A stretch of DNA of 64,000 nucleotides, taken from Trichormus sp. ATA11-4-KO1. GTDB taxonomy: Bacteria > Cyanobacteriota > Cyanobacteriia > Cyanobacteriales > Nostocaceae. A program made the translations under genes and the position numbers. The stretch is from contig JAHHIM010000010.1 of assembly GCA_019358915.1 (NCBI GenBank), forward strand, positions 79,297 through 143,296. Direction: 5' to 3'. Below, piece after piece: positions 17,951 through 28,681 of this stretch. The notes beneath the pieces were generated by a model. It was not told the DNA's origin, made no database searches, and saw only the letters and a program-made list of their open reading frames with translations. Each line of letters begins with the position of its first letter. Within the stretch, counting starts at the first letter, position 1.

Positions 17951-19960
17951 ATGAGCATTTCGACTTCCGTGCTGAGTGATCTGCTACAGTCCATACCTTA
18001 CCTGCGGCCCCAGCTATATTTCAAAGCTTCACTAACGGCCCTCTCCCACGCGATGGAAGATCAGGTTTTGGCGGCGACTTTAGACCAGCCTTTAGTAATT
18101 GCTAGCTTCCAACGAGAGCGATACTATCGCCAAGAGGCGCATCGCTATCAGCGATTAGCTTTGCGTAGTAATCAAATATATGTCTTATCCGCACCGGAAA
18201 CGGATTTCACCAACAGTTCGGAATACTATGAAAAAATTGCCTTTGAGCCAGAAGATTTTTTAAGTCAAGAGTGGCATTTGGTGGTAATCGCTGATAACTA
18301 TGCTACTTGTTTAGTTTGTCGGGAAAGCCTTGGTTCCATTGCCAAAAATCAGCAGATACCAGATGTCAGTCCTGGTCTAGACATGGATACTGCTCGGAGG
18401 TTTGAGGGAATTTGGACATCAGAACGGGGAGTTAGCCTCAAAGCAGCCGAATTGCTCTTAGACAGGATTTTGGTTTACAGACCAGACCTGGCAAAGAAAA
18501 TTCAAAATGCACGCCAGAGGTTTGGTATAGGGGGTAGCCGCAACTACTCCCAGACTGCACAAATCACTGAGTTTGCTTGTGACATTGATACTGACCCCTT
18601 TGTGCAGCGTTTGGTGACTTATCTGCAAGCTAGTCAGTACAAATTACATAAAGCTTATCGTTCAATTACTGCCCAAGCACGCAAAGAACGTTTAGTCAAC
18701 TCTATTAGTACTGCCATTCGGCGATCGCTTGACCCCCACGAAGTGCTACAAATTGCTGCACAAGAATTGGGGCAACATTTAGGGGCTAGCCGTTGTTTAA
18801 TTTACCGCTCTCCCACCATAGATACTCCAGCCGAAATTAAACACGAGTTCTTGACTCCCGGTGTTGTATCGATGAGTGGGCAAACCTGGGAGCTAGATAA
18901 AAATCCTTTATTTCAGGAAGTAGTAAAAAATGGTGAAGGCGTTTGTGTAGCTGATACTCAAACTGACCCCCGCGTTACTAGTTCGACCACATTATCCCTA
19001 ATTGTCAAAAAATTCGCGATTCGTTCTTGGCTGATCGAACCAGTATTATTTCAAGGGCGATTGTTGGGGATCGTAGAATTACACTATTGCAGCCTACCAC
19101 CACACGAGTGGCAGGCAGGGGAATTGGATTTGGTAAAAGCGATCGCTACCCAAATGGGAGCAGCCTTGATTCAAGCAGAAGCCTACGCTAACCTAGAAGA
19201 CCTCAATCAACAGTTAGAAGCCCTCGACCGCACCCGCAGCAACTTAATCGCCATTACGGGACACGAACTCCGTACCCCCCTATCCACAATTCAAGTGTGT
19301 TTAGAAAGTCTCGCCACTGAACCTGATATGCCTGTAGAGTTGCAGCAGGTAATGTTGAGTACTGCTCTTTCCGACTCAGAACGGATGCGGAAACTAGTGC
19401 AAGATTTCCTCACTCTTTCTAACCTAGAAAGCGGTCGAGTGGAATGGCATCCAGAATCCCTCACCTTAGAAGAGTGTGTAGAGTTAGCTCTCAGCCGACT
19501 TCGCACCCGTTCTTCAACAGAAAAACTCCCCCAAGTCAAAACTCAAATTGCCCAAAATCTGCCTTTAGTGAGAGCCGACGGTGATTGGCTGGTGGAGGTA
19601 TTAGCCAAACTTGTAGATAACGCTTGTAAATTTACACCACCCGAAGGAAAAATCACAATTACAGCTACCCAAAACGACAATCAGATGGTTGAAGTGACAG
19701 TAGCTGACACTGGACGCGGTATCGAAACCAATCGTCTAGAAATCGTTTTTGACCGTTTCTATCAAGAAGAAGGAGCGCTACGGCGTACCACTGGCGGTAC
19801 TGGTTTAGGGCTAGCAATTTGCCGCCAAATTGTCAATGGCTGGGGCGGTGAAATTTGGGCAGAATCAATGGGTAAAGACCAAGGTAGTCAGTTTCACTTC
19901 ACTATTCCCATTGCCCAGGTGAGCAAAGAGGAAAAGCGGTCGAAAGTCAAGAGTAAGTAA
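17951..19960 (+). CDS. DICT-GAF sensor histidine kinase
   Basis: KASLTALSHAMED (DICT), GAF domain, HELRTPL H-box, DNACKF, DTGRGI, GGTGLGLAI. Confidence 0.9.
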   Translation: MSISTSVLSDLLQSIPYLRPQLYFKASLTALSHAMEDQVLAATLDQPLVIASFQRERYYRQEAHRYQRLALRSNQIYVLSAPETDFTNSSEYYEKIAFEPEDFLSQEWHLVVIADNYATCLVCRESLGSIAKNQQIPDVSPGLDMDTARRFEGIWTSERGVSLKAAELLLDRILVYRPDLAKKIQNARQRFGIGGSRNYSQTAQITEFACDIDTDPFVQRLVTYLQASQYKLHKAYRSITAQARKERLVNSISTAIRRSLDPHEVLQIAAQELGQHLGASRCLIYRSPTIDTPAEIKHEFLTPGVVSMSGQTWELDKNPLFQEVVKNGEGVCVADTQTDPRVTSSTTLSLIVKKFAIRSWLIEPVLFQGRLLGIVELHYCSLPPHEWQAGELDLVKAIATQMGAALIQAEAYANLEDLNQQLEALDRTRSNLIAITGHELRTPLSTIQVCLESLATEPDMPVELQQVMLSTALSDSERMRKLVQDFLTLSNLESGRVEWHPESLTLEECVELALSRLRTRSSTEKLPQVKTQIAQNLPLVRADGDWLVEVLAKLVDNACKFTPPEGKITITATQNDNQMVEVTVADTGRGIETNRLEIVFDRFYQEEGALRRTTGGTGLGLAICRQIVNGWGGEIWAESMGKDQGSQFHFTIPIAQVSKEEKRSKVKSK

Positions 19961-19965
19961 TATTA

Positions 19966-20100
19966 ATTTGTAATTCGTAATATTTCCTATGGCTACGCCA
20001 CGCTGCGCTATCGGAAACGCTGCGCGAACGTAATTCGTAATTACAAGTGCAGATGCCATCTAGGATTCTATTTGGCCCAATGCCCAATGCCCAATGACTA
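19966..20100. repeat. STRR heptamers (TAATTCG, CCCAATG) with embedded short dispersed repeats
   Basis: TAATTCGTAA tracts interrupted by GGCTACGCCACGCTGCGCTATCG; (CCCAATG)3 follows. Confidence 0.6.
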
Positions 20101-20188
20101 AAAACTGTTACAGTCTATGACGCGATCGCAATATGATCGTGTTAGCGGTGTTAGGATGCCGTAAAAACCGTTGAGAGACTACTTTTTT

Positions 20189-20608
20189 ATGGCAGAAAAA
20201 CTTTCTGGACAAACCCCGCTTTTTGGTGGCAGCACAGGTGGCTTGCTGACAAAAGCAGTAGAGGAAGAAAAGTACGCTATCACTTGGACTAGCCCCAAAG
20301 AGCAAGTTTTTGAAATGCCTACAGGTGGCGCTGCCACTATGCGGAAAGGTGAAAACCTGCTGTACATAGCTCGTAAAGAATATGGCATTGCTTTAGGCGG
20401 TCAACTCCGGAAATTCAAAATCACAGACTACAAAATTTACCGGATTTTACCTACTGGAGAAACCACTTTCATTCACCCGGCTGATGGTGTCTTCCCAGAA
20501 AAAGTAAACGAAGGCCGCGAGAAAGTACGTCATGTACCACGCAGTATTGGGGAAAATCCCAGTCCCGCACAACTCAAGTTCAGTGGTAAAGCTACCCATG
20601 ATGTCTAG
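20189..20608 (+). CDS. psaD: Photosystem I subunit II
   Basis: [33 protein letters not shown]. Confidence 0.97.
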   Translation: MAEKLSGQTPLFGGSTGGLLTKAVEEEKYAITWTSPKEQVFEMPTGGAATMRKGENLLYIARKEYGIALGGQLRKFKITDYKIYRILPTGETTFIHPADGVFPEKVNEGREKVRHVPRSIGENPSPAQLKFSGKATHDV

Positions 20609-20723
20609 AGGCTAGGAATTGGGGACAAGGGGGCAAGGGGACAAGGAGAGATTACTAATATAAGTTCTTTCCCCCCATCCCCCTATCTCCCCATCCCCCA
20701 TTCCCCATTCCCTGAATTCATTT

Positions 20724-22238
20724 ATGATGTTCCCTGATTTTTCTGATTTCTCCGAGCTAGCTTTACAAGGCAATTTTGTTCCGGTGTATCAAGAATGGGT
20801 AGCAGACCTAGATACGCCAGTATCTGCTTGGTATAAAGTCTGTGCTGGTCAGCCTTATAGCTTTTTGCTGGAATCGGTGGAAGGTGGGGAAAAATTAGGA
20901 CGTTATAGTTTACTGGGTTGTGATCCGCTATGGATTTTGGAAGCAAGAGGCGACATTACTATCCAAACCCACCGCGATGGTTCAGAGGCAGTTTTTGCAG
21001 GTGACCCCTTTACAGCTTTAGCTAATTGCTTAGCACCTTATAAGCCAGTTACATTACCACAATTACCACCAGGAATTGGCGGATTGTTTGGCTTTTGGGG
21101 CTATGAATTGATTCGCTGGATTGAGCCACGTGTACCAATTCATCCACCAGATGAGCGTAATATCCCTGATGGATTGTGGATGCAGGTAGACCACCTGTTG
21201 ATTTTTGACCAGGTGAAACGAAAAATTTGGGCGATCGCCTATGCTGATTTACGTGATCCAGAAGTAGATTTGCAGGCGGCTTATGAAAAAGCGTGCGATC
21301 GCGTCACTCAAATGCTGTGTAAGTTATCTCTACCTCTATCGCCACAAAAGACCATTTTAGAATGGACACCCCCAGGAACAAAGAATGTCGGGGGAACAGA
21401 GGAATATACCAGCAACTTCACCCGCCCAGAATTTTGCGCCAGTGTGGAAAAGGCCAAAAAATACATCAAAGCTGGCGATATCTTTCAAGTAGTCATTTCC
21501 CAGCGTTTATCAACAGAATACACAGGCGACCCCTTTGCCCTTTATCGTTCCCTACGCCAAATAAATCCTTCGCCTTACATGGCTTACTTTAACTTCCAGG
21601 ATTGGCAAATCATCGGTTCCAGTCCCGAAGTCATGGTAAAAGCCGAAAGTGATCCAGATGGTGGGGTAATAGCCACAGTCCGTCCAATTGCTGGGACACG
21701 TCCACGGGGTAAAACAACCAAGGAAGATGCAGCTTTAGCTGAAGATTTGTTGCAAGACCCCAAAGAAACGGCGGAACACGTCATGTTAGTTGACTTAGGG
21801 CGTAACGATTTGGGGCGTGTTTGTCAAAGCGGTAGCGTCAAAGTTGATGAATTGATGGTGGTTGAACGCTATTCCCATGTGATGCACATTGTCAGTAATG
21901 TGGTGGGCAAATTAGCACCAAATAAAACCGCCTGGGATTTACTCAAAGCTTGCTTTCCTGCGGGTACGGTTAGCGGCGCACCCAAAATTCGAGCGATGGA
22001 AATCATCTACGAATTAGAACCGAGTCGCCGGGGTGTCTACTCTGGTGTGTATGGTTATTACGATTTTGAAGGACAATTGAATAGTGCGATCGCCATTCGC
22101 ACAATGGTATTGCACGATAATACAGTAACTGTGCAAGCTGGTGCAGGTTTGGTAGCTGATTCTGAGCCTGAGAAAGAATACGAAGAAACGTTAAATAAAG
22201 CCAGAGGTTTGTTAGTGGCGATTCGTTGTTTGCAGTGA
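20724..22238 (+). CDS. trpE: Anthranilate synthase component I
   Basis: FLLESVEGGE, GDIFQVVISQR, NPSPY, AEHVMLVDLGRND, AGTVSGAPKIRA. Confidence 0.95.
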   Translation: MMFPDFSDFSELALQGNFVPVYQEWVADLDTPVSAWYKVCAGQPYSFLLESVEGGEKLGRYSLLGCDPLWILEARGDITIQTHRDGSEAVFAGDPFTALANCLAPYKPVTLPQLPPGIGGLFGFWGYELIRWIEPRVPIHPPDERNIPDGLWMQVDHLLIFDQVKRKIWAIAYADLRDPEVDLQAAYEKACDRVTQMLCKLSLPLSPQKTILEWTPPGTKNVGGTEEYTSNFTRPEFCASVEKAKKYIKAGDIFQVVISQRLSTEYTGDPFALYRSLRQINPSPYMAYFNFQDWQIIGSSPEVMVKAESDPDGGVIATVRPIAGTRPRGKTTKEDAALAEDLLQDPKETAEHVMLVDLGRNDLGRVCQSGSVKVDELMVVERYSHVMHIVSNVVGKLAPNKTAWDLLKACFPAGTVSGAPKIRAMEIIYELEPSRRGVYSGVYGYYDFEGQLNSAIAIRTMVLHDNTVTVQAGAGLVADSEPEKEYEETLNKARGLLVAIRCLQ

Positions 22239-22337
22239 AGTTATTCCTCCTTAATTTAAGATTATCTATCCGAAACTTTGAAGTGCGATCGCTTGCCCAC
22301 AGCACTAAACTAGAAAGTAAGATGCTGGGATATACCT

Positions 22338-22925
22338 ATGAACACCGCCATAGTCAATTTACCACCTACCCTCAAATTGAAACTTAACTTGAGCGATGAA
22401 CAATTTTTCCAGATGTGTCAAAAAAACCGCGATTATAGATTTGAGCGCACAGAATCAGGGGAAGTATTAATCATGACGCCATCTGGAAGCGAGACAGACA
22501 GGCGTAACGTCAAAATTACTACACAACTAGATATTTGGAACGAGCAAAATCATTTAGGTGAAGTATTTGGCCCCTCTGCTGGCTTTAAACTTCCCAATGG
22601 TGCAAATCGTTCTCCAGATGCTTCTTGGGTGCATATTGATAAATGGAATGCTTTAACCTCAGAACAACAAGAAAAATTTGCCCCAATTTGTCCTGATTTT
22701 GTAGTAGAGTTGCGATCTCCTAGTGATTCCCTCAAAGACTTGCAGGATAAAATGCAGGAATATATCGACAATGGCGCTCAATTAGGCTGGTTAATTGATC
22801 GGAAAAATAAGCGCGTAGAACTTTATCGTCCAGGTAAAGATTTAGAGATATTAGATAATCCTAATAGCTTATCAGGAGAAAACATATTACCTGGATTTGT
22901 ATTGAACTTACAACAAATTATGTGA
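22338..22925 (+). CDS. Uma2-family endonuclease-fold protein
   Basis: RSPDASW, CPDFVVELRSPSD, KMQEYIDNGAQLGWLID. Confidence 0.92.
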   Translation: MNTAIVNLPPTLKLKLNLSDEQFFQMCQKNRDYRFERTESGEVLIMTPSGSETDRRNVKITTQLDIWNEQNHLGEVFGPSAGFKLPNGANRSPDASWVHIDKWNALTSEQQEKFAPICPDFVVELRSPSDSLKDLQDKMQEYIDNGAQLGWLIDRKNKRVELYRPGKDLEILDNPNSLSGENILPGFVLNLQQIM

Positions 22926-22935
22926 CTAATAATTT

Positions 22936-24867
22936 TCAACGATTAGGATAAACATGGCGCATTTCAAATCTGCTTTGTTCCCAAAGTGCTAGCAAAGCTC
23001 TTTTAGCAGCATTTAACTGTGATTGAGAAAACCGGACTTTGCCATGCTCGATAATCCAGATAAATGTCCGTGTGATTAAATCTGCTTGCAAACTGTTCTC
23101 AAATTTACAATTATTTATTCTTGCTATTTGCCTATCTAAAGCACATATTGCATCTTTAAAAGTGGAGTTTTTATAGTTTATAGACTTGCTAGAAATACCT
23201 TCTTGGTAATTTTCCCATTCAATCCTATGCAAAGTTCCTGTAATATAATCTATGCCTGCGATCGCAGAATCAGTATTACGTACTAAATCTGTAAATGCTT
23301 GGTAATATGGCTGTAACAGCGAAGCAGCAAGATTTTCAATATAAATATGTAACCACGACTGGATATCACGTAAATAAGGAACTAATTCTTTAATATCATT
23401 AATTTTTTCAATAGGACGCCGCTCAAGTTGAGAATTTACGATATTTTTTGTTAATTCAGCTTCAGATAATTGAAATTTATTGGAGTAATAATCAATAACT
23501 TTAGGAATATATCTTTCTAATAACCATTTTTTGGTATATCTAGCCGTCCAAGTTCCCTGTGGGCCAATATCTTGTTGCCATGAGGTAACTTCTCCTCTCT
23601 CAAGCGATTGTAAGTGAATTTCATTTATTATATAAACTATATTAATTTTCTTATTTTCTGAGTAATTACTATCAGCTTTAGGCAATATAAATGCATGATC
23701 ACGAATTCCCCGGCTTACCCGGATTGATAGATTTTCTTGATGAAACAGATGCCATTCGGATTTACCTTGGGCATAATTAAATTCATTGGCAAAGTTTTGC
23801 ATTAATTCCCATAATTTTAACTCTACCGAGAAAAGATAAAAACCACAAATATTGGTAAACTTTACTAACTCAAAATCCCATGTTTCTAAAATATTTTCAA
23901 ATCCAATAATTAATTTTTTATATTCTTGGCAAACTGCATCAATACACAAACACAAGTCAGTAATTTCTAATTTTGATAAAATTACTGATACTTGCCCTAA
24001 ATATACTTCAAAGGCATTATTTCCTAGTTGTTTCAAAAAACGACGGCATCCCCACTCTAGCGGAGTATCCAACCCAATCATTAATTTTTCTAAAATGTCT
24101 CGATGATTTAAGTCGATTTTTAACCCTCTGAAATTTAAACTACTGAACTGGATTTGACAATTACCTTCTGCAAATGCTTTTGGTAAATTACACTCAATTA
24201 AAACTTTAGATTTTATAACAATAAAGTGATTACCTTCTTGTATAATAGAAGGTTCAAAATCTGATTTTGATAAAATATTTTGTACGTCTGGATAGGAATT
24301 GAGAGTTTTTTCTAAATTAATATATTTAGTAAAAGCAAAATTATTATTTGTATTTTTGTCAATATTTTTAACAAATGCAAAATTTAATTTATTATAGAAT
24401 TTCGAGGCTAAGTTAATATTAATCAATAAATCAGTATTTGTATCAAAAATAGTCTCTTCTTTTTGGTAATAAAGGCATTTAAATACATTTACTTTATAGC
24501 CATTAGTGACAACAAAAAATAATAATTTTAGATATTTATTGTAGAATTTTGCTTGTTCAATCGCCTCTTTAAAATTAGTTGCGCTTGGTTCTAAGCATAT
24601 AACACTAATTAATGATGTCTCTGCATTTTGTTCTTTTATGTGATCAGTAGAAAAATAAAGTTGCGCAATTTTTAGTTTTTTTGCCTGGGTTCCAGAGTTA
24701 TATATTTTTAATGGATACTTACTCTGCCGACATCTTTCTGGATAACCAAGATACTGAAACATCGGAATAGCAAAATTTTTTTCTACATCATCTTCAGTTT
24801 TTAAAAGACGATTATCAAAAGATTGTATCCATTTAATAAAGTGATTAATTGACGCTGAATTAGACAT
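22936..24867 (-). CDS. AT-rich hypothetical protein with N-terminal HsdR-N-like (PD-(D/E)xK fold) domain
   Basis: TEDDVEKNFAIPMFQYLGY...EAIEQAKFY...FVVTNG matches the HsdR N-terminal pattern. Confidence 0.6.
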   Translation of the reverse strand: MSNSASINHFIKWIQSFDNRLLKTEDDVEKNFAIPMFQYLGYPERCRQSKYPLKIYNSGTQAKKLKIAQLYFSTDHIKEQNAETSLISVICLEPSATNFKEAIEQAKFYNKYLKLLFFVVTNGYKVNVFKCLYYQKEETIFDTNTDLLININLASKFYNKLNFAFVKNIDKNTNNNFAFTKYINLEKTLNSYPDVQNILSKSDFEPSIIQEGNHFIVIKSKVLIECNLPKAFAEGNCQIQFSSLNFRGLKIDLNHRDILEKLMIGLDTPLEWGCRRFLKQLGNNAFEVYLGQVSVILSKLEITDLCLCIDAVCQEYKKLIIGFENILETWDFELVKFTNICGFYLFSVELKLWELMQNFANEFNYAQGKSEWHLFHQENLSIRVSRGIRDHAFILPKADSNYSENKKINIVYIINEIHLQSLERGEVTSWQQDIGPQGTWTARYTKKWLLERYIPKVIDYYSNKFQLSEAELTKNIVNSQLERRPIEKINDIKELVPYLRDIQSWLHIYIENLAASLLQPYYQAFTDLVRNTDSAIAGIDYITGTLHRIEWENYQEGISSKSINYKNSTFKDAICALDRQIARINNCKFENSLQADLITRTFIWIIEHGKVRFSQSQLNAAKRALLALWEQSRFEMRHVYPNR

Positions 24868-24983
24868 TAGGGAACCCACCTGCTTGTATAAATTTTTAAA
24901 TTTTTAGTTATCTAAATTGTTCATTTAACTAGCAATTTATCAAGTCAGTTTGGATAGTATGGTAATTGTAAATACTTTATTAA

Positions 24984-25091
24984 TAGGACTTACACAAAAT
25001 AATGAAAAAACGTTCGCGAAGCATACGCGCAGCGCATACCACAAAGGACACGAAGTTAAGAGGGTTTCAGAGAGTTCCTGCGTAAGTCCTA
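24984..25091. mobile_element. MITE of the AGGACTTACGCA family, second copy
   Basis: TAGGACTTACACA...TGCGTAAGTCCTA. Confidence 0.75.
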
Positions 25092-25171
25092 ATTAACTAA
25101 AACAGGAAGCAGAAAGTATTTAATTTTGGCAAAAATTTCTGACTAATTCTATGCGTGTCTATACAAAATAT

Positions 25172-25200
25172 TTAGGGGGACAGCATTGCTGTCCCCCTAA
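25172..25200. terminator. REP-like hairpin downstream of purQ
   Basis: TTAGGGGGACAGCA-T-TGCTGTCCCCCTAA. Confidence 0.6.
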
Positions 25201-25224
25201 GTTGTTCATTAATGAAGATTAAAG

Positions 25225-25899
25225 CTATGCTAATGCCGCCACATTCTCTAACAGCCCTTGAAATAGCCTTAACCCATCACTACTCCCCAACATGGCATCT
25301 GATGCCCTTTCTGGGTGGGGCATCATCCCTAAAACATTGCCCTGACGATTACAAATTCCGGCAATGTGATTCAACGAACCGTTAGGATTTCCCCCTGCAT
25401 AGCGGAAGACAACTTGTCCGTTATCTTCGATCGCTGATAAAGTCGCTTTGTTAGCGTAAAATCGGCCTTCGCCATGGGCGACAGGCAAAGTAATAACTTC
25501 ACCAGTTTTATAAGCTTGCGTCCAATTCGTATTGGTACGCTCAACTTTCAGGGGGACACGATCGCATATAAAATGCAAATCCTGATTTCTTGTCAAAGCC
25601 CCAGGTAAAAGTCCGGCTTCAGTTAATACCTGAAAACCGTTACAAATACCGAGGACGAACTTACCCTGTTGGGCGTGGGTCATCACCTGCTGCATCACAG
25701 GCGAAAACCGCGCGATCGCACCGCAGCGCAAATAGTCACCGTAACTAAAACCACCAGGTACGATCACCACATCCAAATCACTAATATCCGTTTCTTGGTG
25801 CCAAACCATGCGAGTCGGTTGACCCAGCAAGTCTTTGGTTACGTAAGCCACATCGCGATCGCAATTAGAACCCGGAAAAACCAAAACTCCAAATTTCAT
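25225..25899 (-). CDS. purQ: FGAM synthase glutaminase subunit
   Basis: [32 protein letters not shown]. Confidence 0.97.
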   Translation of the reverse strand: MKFGVLVFPGSNCDRDVAYVTKDLLGQPTRMVWHQETDISDLDVVIVPGGFSYGDYLRCGAIARFSPVMQQVMTHAQQGKFVLGICNGFQVLTEAGLLPGALTRNQDLHFICDRVPLKVERTNTNWTQAYKTGEVITLPVAHGEGRFYANKATLSAIEDNGQVVFRYAGGNPNGSLNHIAGICNRQGNVLGMMPHPERASDAMLGSSDGLRLFQGLLENVAALA

Positions 25900-26022
25900 G
25901 ATTTAGTCAATAGTCATTGGTTATTAGTCAACGGGAGTGAGGAGTGAGGGAGTAGGGAGTAGGGAGATGAGGAAGCATTTTCGTTCTTGTCCCCTTGTCC
26001 CCTTGTCTCCCCATCCCCCAAC

Positions 26023-26301
26023 TCAAATGACTCCCGTCTGTGTTTCCACCTCAATCAATTCAAAGCGATAATTTTCAATCACCGGATTGGCGAGCATTTT
26101 GTCACAGATGTTTTCCAGGTCTTGACGCGCTTTACGTTCTTCTGTCGAAGTGATGGTTAGTTCAATGTACTTACCAATCCGCACCTGTTCCACGTTGTCG
26201 TATCCCAGTTGCTTGAGACCGGATTGTACAGCCACACCAGCAGGGTCTAAGACTGAAGGGCGAAGCGTCACGAGAATTTTGGCTAGATACTTCCTTTGCA
26301 C
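26023..26301 (-). CDS. purS: FGAM synthase subunit PurS
   Basis: VLDPAG, VRIGKYIEL, LANPVIENY. Confidence 0.95.
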   Translation of the reverse strand: MQRKYLAKILVTLRPSVLDPAGVAVQSGLKQLGYDNVEQVRIGKYIELTITSTEERKARQDLENICDKMLANPVIENYRFELIEVETQTGVI

Positions 26302-26445
26302 AGGCTTTTGCTGAATGCTGCGATCGCTATACTATAACTTTCTGCTCCAACTGAGTGAAAATAAGATTACGGAGCAGTTAGAGTTAATTTATTAGTTAGC
26401 CAGTATAACAGCTTCTATCACAGTGGCGAATTTAAATAATTGTCT

Positions 26446-26853
26446 ATGAGAGTCATACGCACCCGCAGTCAAGAGCGTATTTTGAACCTGCTGAAAACTA
26501 TCAAACAAGGTATTTCCGCCCAGGATATTTACGTAGAATTACGTAATCGCAATCAGAGCATGGGATTAGCAACGGTTTACCGCTCCTTAGAGTCCTTAAA
26601 ACTAGAAGGTATGGTGCAGGTACGGACTTTGGCTAACGGTGAAGCCCTCTACAGCCCAGCACAGCAAGATAAACACCACTTAACTTGTCTACAATGTGGT
26701 GTCTCCATTCCCATTAATCAATGCCCTGTCCATAACCTAGAAGACCAATTGCAATCTAGTCATAAGTTTAAAATTTTTTACCACACACTCGAATTTTTTG
26801 GTTTGTGTGGTCAATGCCAGATGAATCAAGCTACTGGCATTGGCGCTGATTAA
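26446..26853 (+). CDS. zur: Fur-family regulator (Zur/FurB)
   Basis: GLATVYRSL, HHLTCLQC, GLCGQC; resembles Anabaena FurB/Zur. Confidence 0.85.
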   Translation: MRVIRTRSQERILNLLKTIKQGISAQDIYVELRNRNQSMGLATVYRSLESLKLEGMVQVRTLANGEALYSPAQQDKHHLTCLQCGVSIPINQCPVHNLEDQLQSSHKFKIFYHTLEFFGLCGQCQMNQATGIGAD

Positions 26854-26891
26854 AAAGAGTTAAGAGTTAAGAATTAATAATTCTTAACTCC

Positions 26892-27896
26892 TTAGTGGGG
26901 GCGATTATGATTTCCCCCTGATATTTCACCACCAAATAAGGGGTTAGCAGAAGCGTCTGAAACAATGGAACGCATCCCCTCTAAAGTAGCTGGGATACTG
27001 CGGGGGTCCATAAACATTACCTTGCTGCTGTCGCTGCTGCCAATCTTCATACCCATTTCTAGATAATTTTGGGCAAGTAAAAACTGTAACGCTTCCTGTG
27101 CCCCTGGTTCAGTATTCAAGGTTTTGGTGATAATTTGCATTGCTTCTGCTGTTGCTTGCGCCTTAAGCACTTGTTGCTGACGTTCTGCTTGGGCTTGCAG
27201 CACAATTGACTTTTGTTGGGCTTCTGCGTGGAGAATTGTGGCTTTTTGCCGAGCTTCCGCATCCAAAACTTGCGCTTCTGCTTTACCTTTAGCACTATTT
27301 ACAGCCGCTTCCCGTTCACCTTCAGAAGTGAGAATAGCTGCCCTTCTGCGCCGTTCCGCCGACATTTGCAATTCCATTGATTCCCTGACGGTTTGAGATG
27401 GGCTAATATCACGCAGTTCTACCCGCGTAACTTTTACTCCCCAAGGATCAGTCGCTTCATCCAAATCACGCAGTAAAGTTTCACTAATTTGAGCGCGAGC
27501 GGTAAAGGTTTTATCTAACTCCAATTTACCCATTTCCCCGCGAATTTGAGTTAGCACTAAGTTAGTCATAGCTGCCTGGAGATTTTCTACCTTGTACCAG
27601 GCTTTTTCCATATCCAAGATGCGCCAGTAAACCACTGCATCTACTTCAATACCCACGTTATCCCCAGTAATACATTTTTGGGGAGGAATATCTAAAACTT
27701 TTTCCCGAATAGTTTGTTGATAGACGATTTTATCGAGGAAAGGGATAACAAAGTTCAGTCCTGGTTCCAATTTTTTGTTGTAGCTACCCAATCTTTCTAC
27801 TAAAGCTTCATTACCTTGATTGACGACTCTTACAGATCCTGCCACCGCAGAACCGCCAAGCGCCAAAAAGACAAGTAAAAAGAAATTTTCTAACAT
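26892..27896 (-). CDS. SPFH/band 7 (stomatin-like) protein
   Basis: [30 protein letters not shown]. Confidence 0.92.
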   Translation of the reverse strand: MLENFFLLVFLALGGSAVAGSVRVVNQGNEALVERLGSYNKKLEPGLNFVIPFLDKIVYQQTIREKVLDIPPQKCITGDNVGIEVDAVVYWRILDMEKAWYKVENLQAAMTNLVLTQIRGEMGKLELDKTFTARAQISETLLRDLDEATDPWGVKVTRVELRDISPSQTVRESMELQMSAERRRRAAILTSEGEREAAVNSAKGKAEAQVLDAEARQKATILHAEAQQKSIVLQAQAERQQQVLKAQATAEAMQIITKTLNTEPGAQEALQFLLAQNYLEMGMKIGSSDSSKVMFMDPRSIPATLEGMRSIVSDASANPLFGGEISGGNHNRPH

Positions 27897-27960
27897 TTCT
27901 TCATTCTCCTAAATTTTTGAGTAATACAGTATGAAACAGGGACTGGGGACTAGTATTGTT

Positions 27961-28004
27961 ACTCAGCACTCAGCACTCAGCACTTGGAAAAGCACTCAGC
28001 ACTC
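27961..28004. repeat. STRR (ACTCAGC)n
   Basis: Tandem heptamers between nfeD and the SPFH gene. Confidence 0.85.
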
Positions 28005-28016
28005 ATAAAAACCACT

Positions 28017-28448
28017 TCAACGCAAAATATTTTCTGGCATCACAATTAGGGTGGTGCCTTCTCTTCTGACTACATAAACTCTTTGATTGGGTGCTACGCT
28101 AAGCTTTTCGTCGTCACATTGTGCGCGCCAAGAATTCCCCTCGTATAGCACCCGCCCTATTTGTCCAGCAGGAATTTCTGTTAAAGTTTCGGCTAAAATT
28201 GCATCCTGAATTTTCGACTTGCGTCGTGGTGGTTGCAAAAACCGTCGGGAAAGTACGACTAGAACTGTGGAAAACAACAGCCAAACCGTAACTTGCAGCC
28301 ATAAATTCACCAAACCCACCAAAGACAGTAGCGCCACTACAAAGGCACTAATTCCCATCATGAATTCGACAAAAGCCGAGGGTAAGAACAATTCCATTAA
28401 ACACAGAACTGCTCCTGCCAGAAGCCAGATTAAGGTATAACTTGGCAT
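28017..28448 (-). CDS. NfeD-family membrane protein
   Basis: N-terminal TM helices, GRVLYEGNSWRA, VVRREGTTLIV; adjacent to the SPFH gene. Confidence 0.88.
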   Translation of the reverse strand: MPSYTLIWLLAGAVLCLMELFLPSAFVEFMMGISAFVVALLSLVGLVNLWLQVTVWLLFSTVLVVLSRRFLQPPRRKSKIQDAILAETLTEIPAGQIGRVLYEGNSWRAQCDDEKLSVAPNQRVYVVRREGTTLIVMPENILR

Positions 28449-28681
28449 AGCGCCATCCTAGACACTACATTTACGTAAATGCATTTCTGAGATTAAATAC
28501 ACCCAGATACAAACTGTTTACAGAAAGCAAAACTTGATTTTTTACCATCAATGTTTAATTAATTTCAGTAACAAGGTGTAGCCAGGGGTACACAAATCCA
28601 GTCTATTCTAGCGTTCAAGTCTTTGACACTTAAATTTAATCGAAATTCACGAGTTGATTTATCTTCAGAATTTATACTTAT

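Noticed and set aside
27961..28004. Tandem repeats here and at 57434-57592 as a CRISPR array
   Set aside because: They are 7-bp STRR units without unique spacers, and there are no cas genes.
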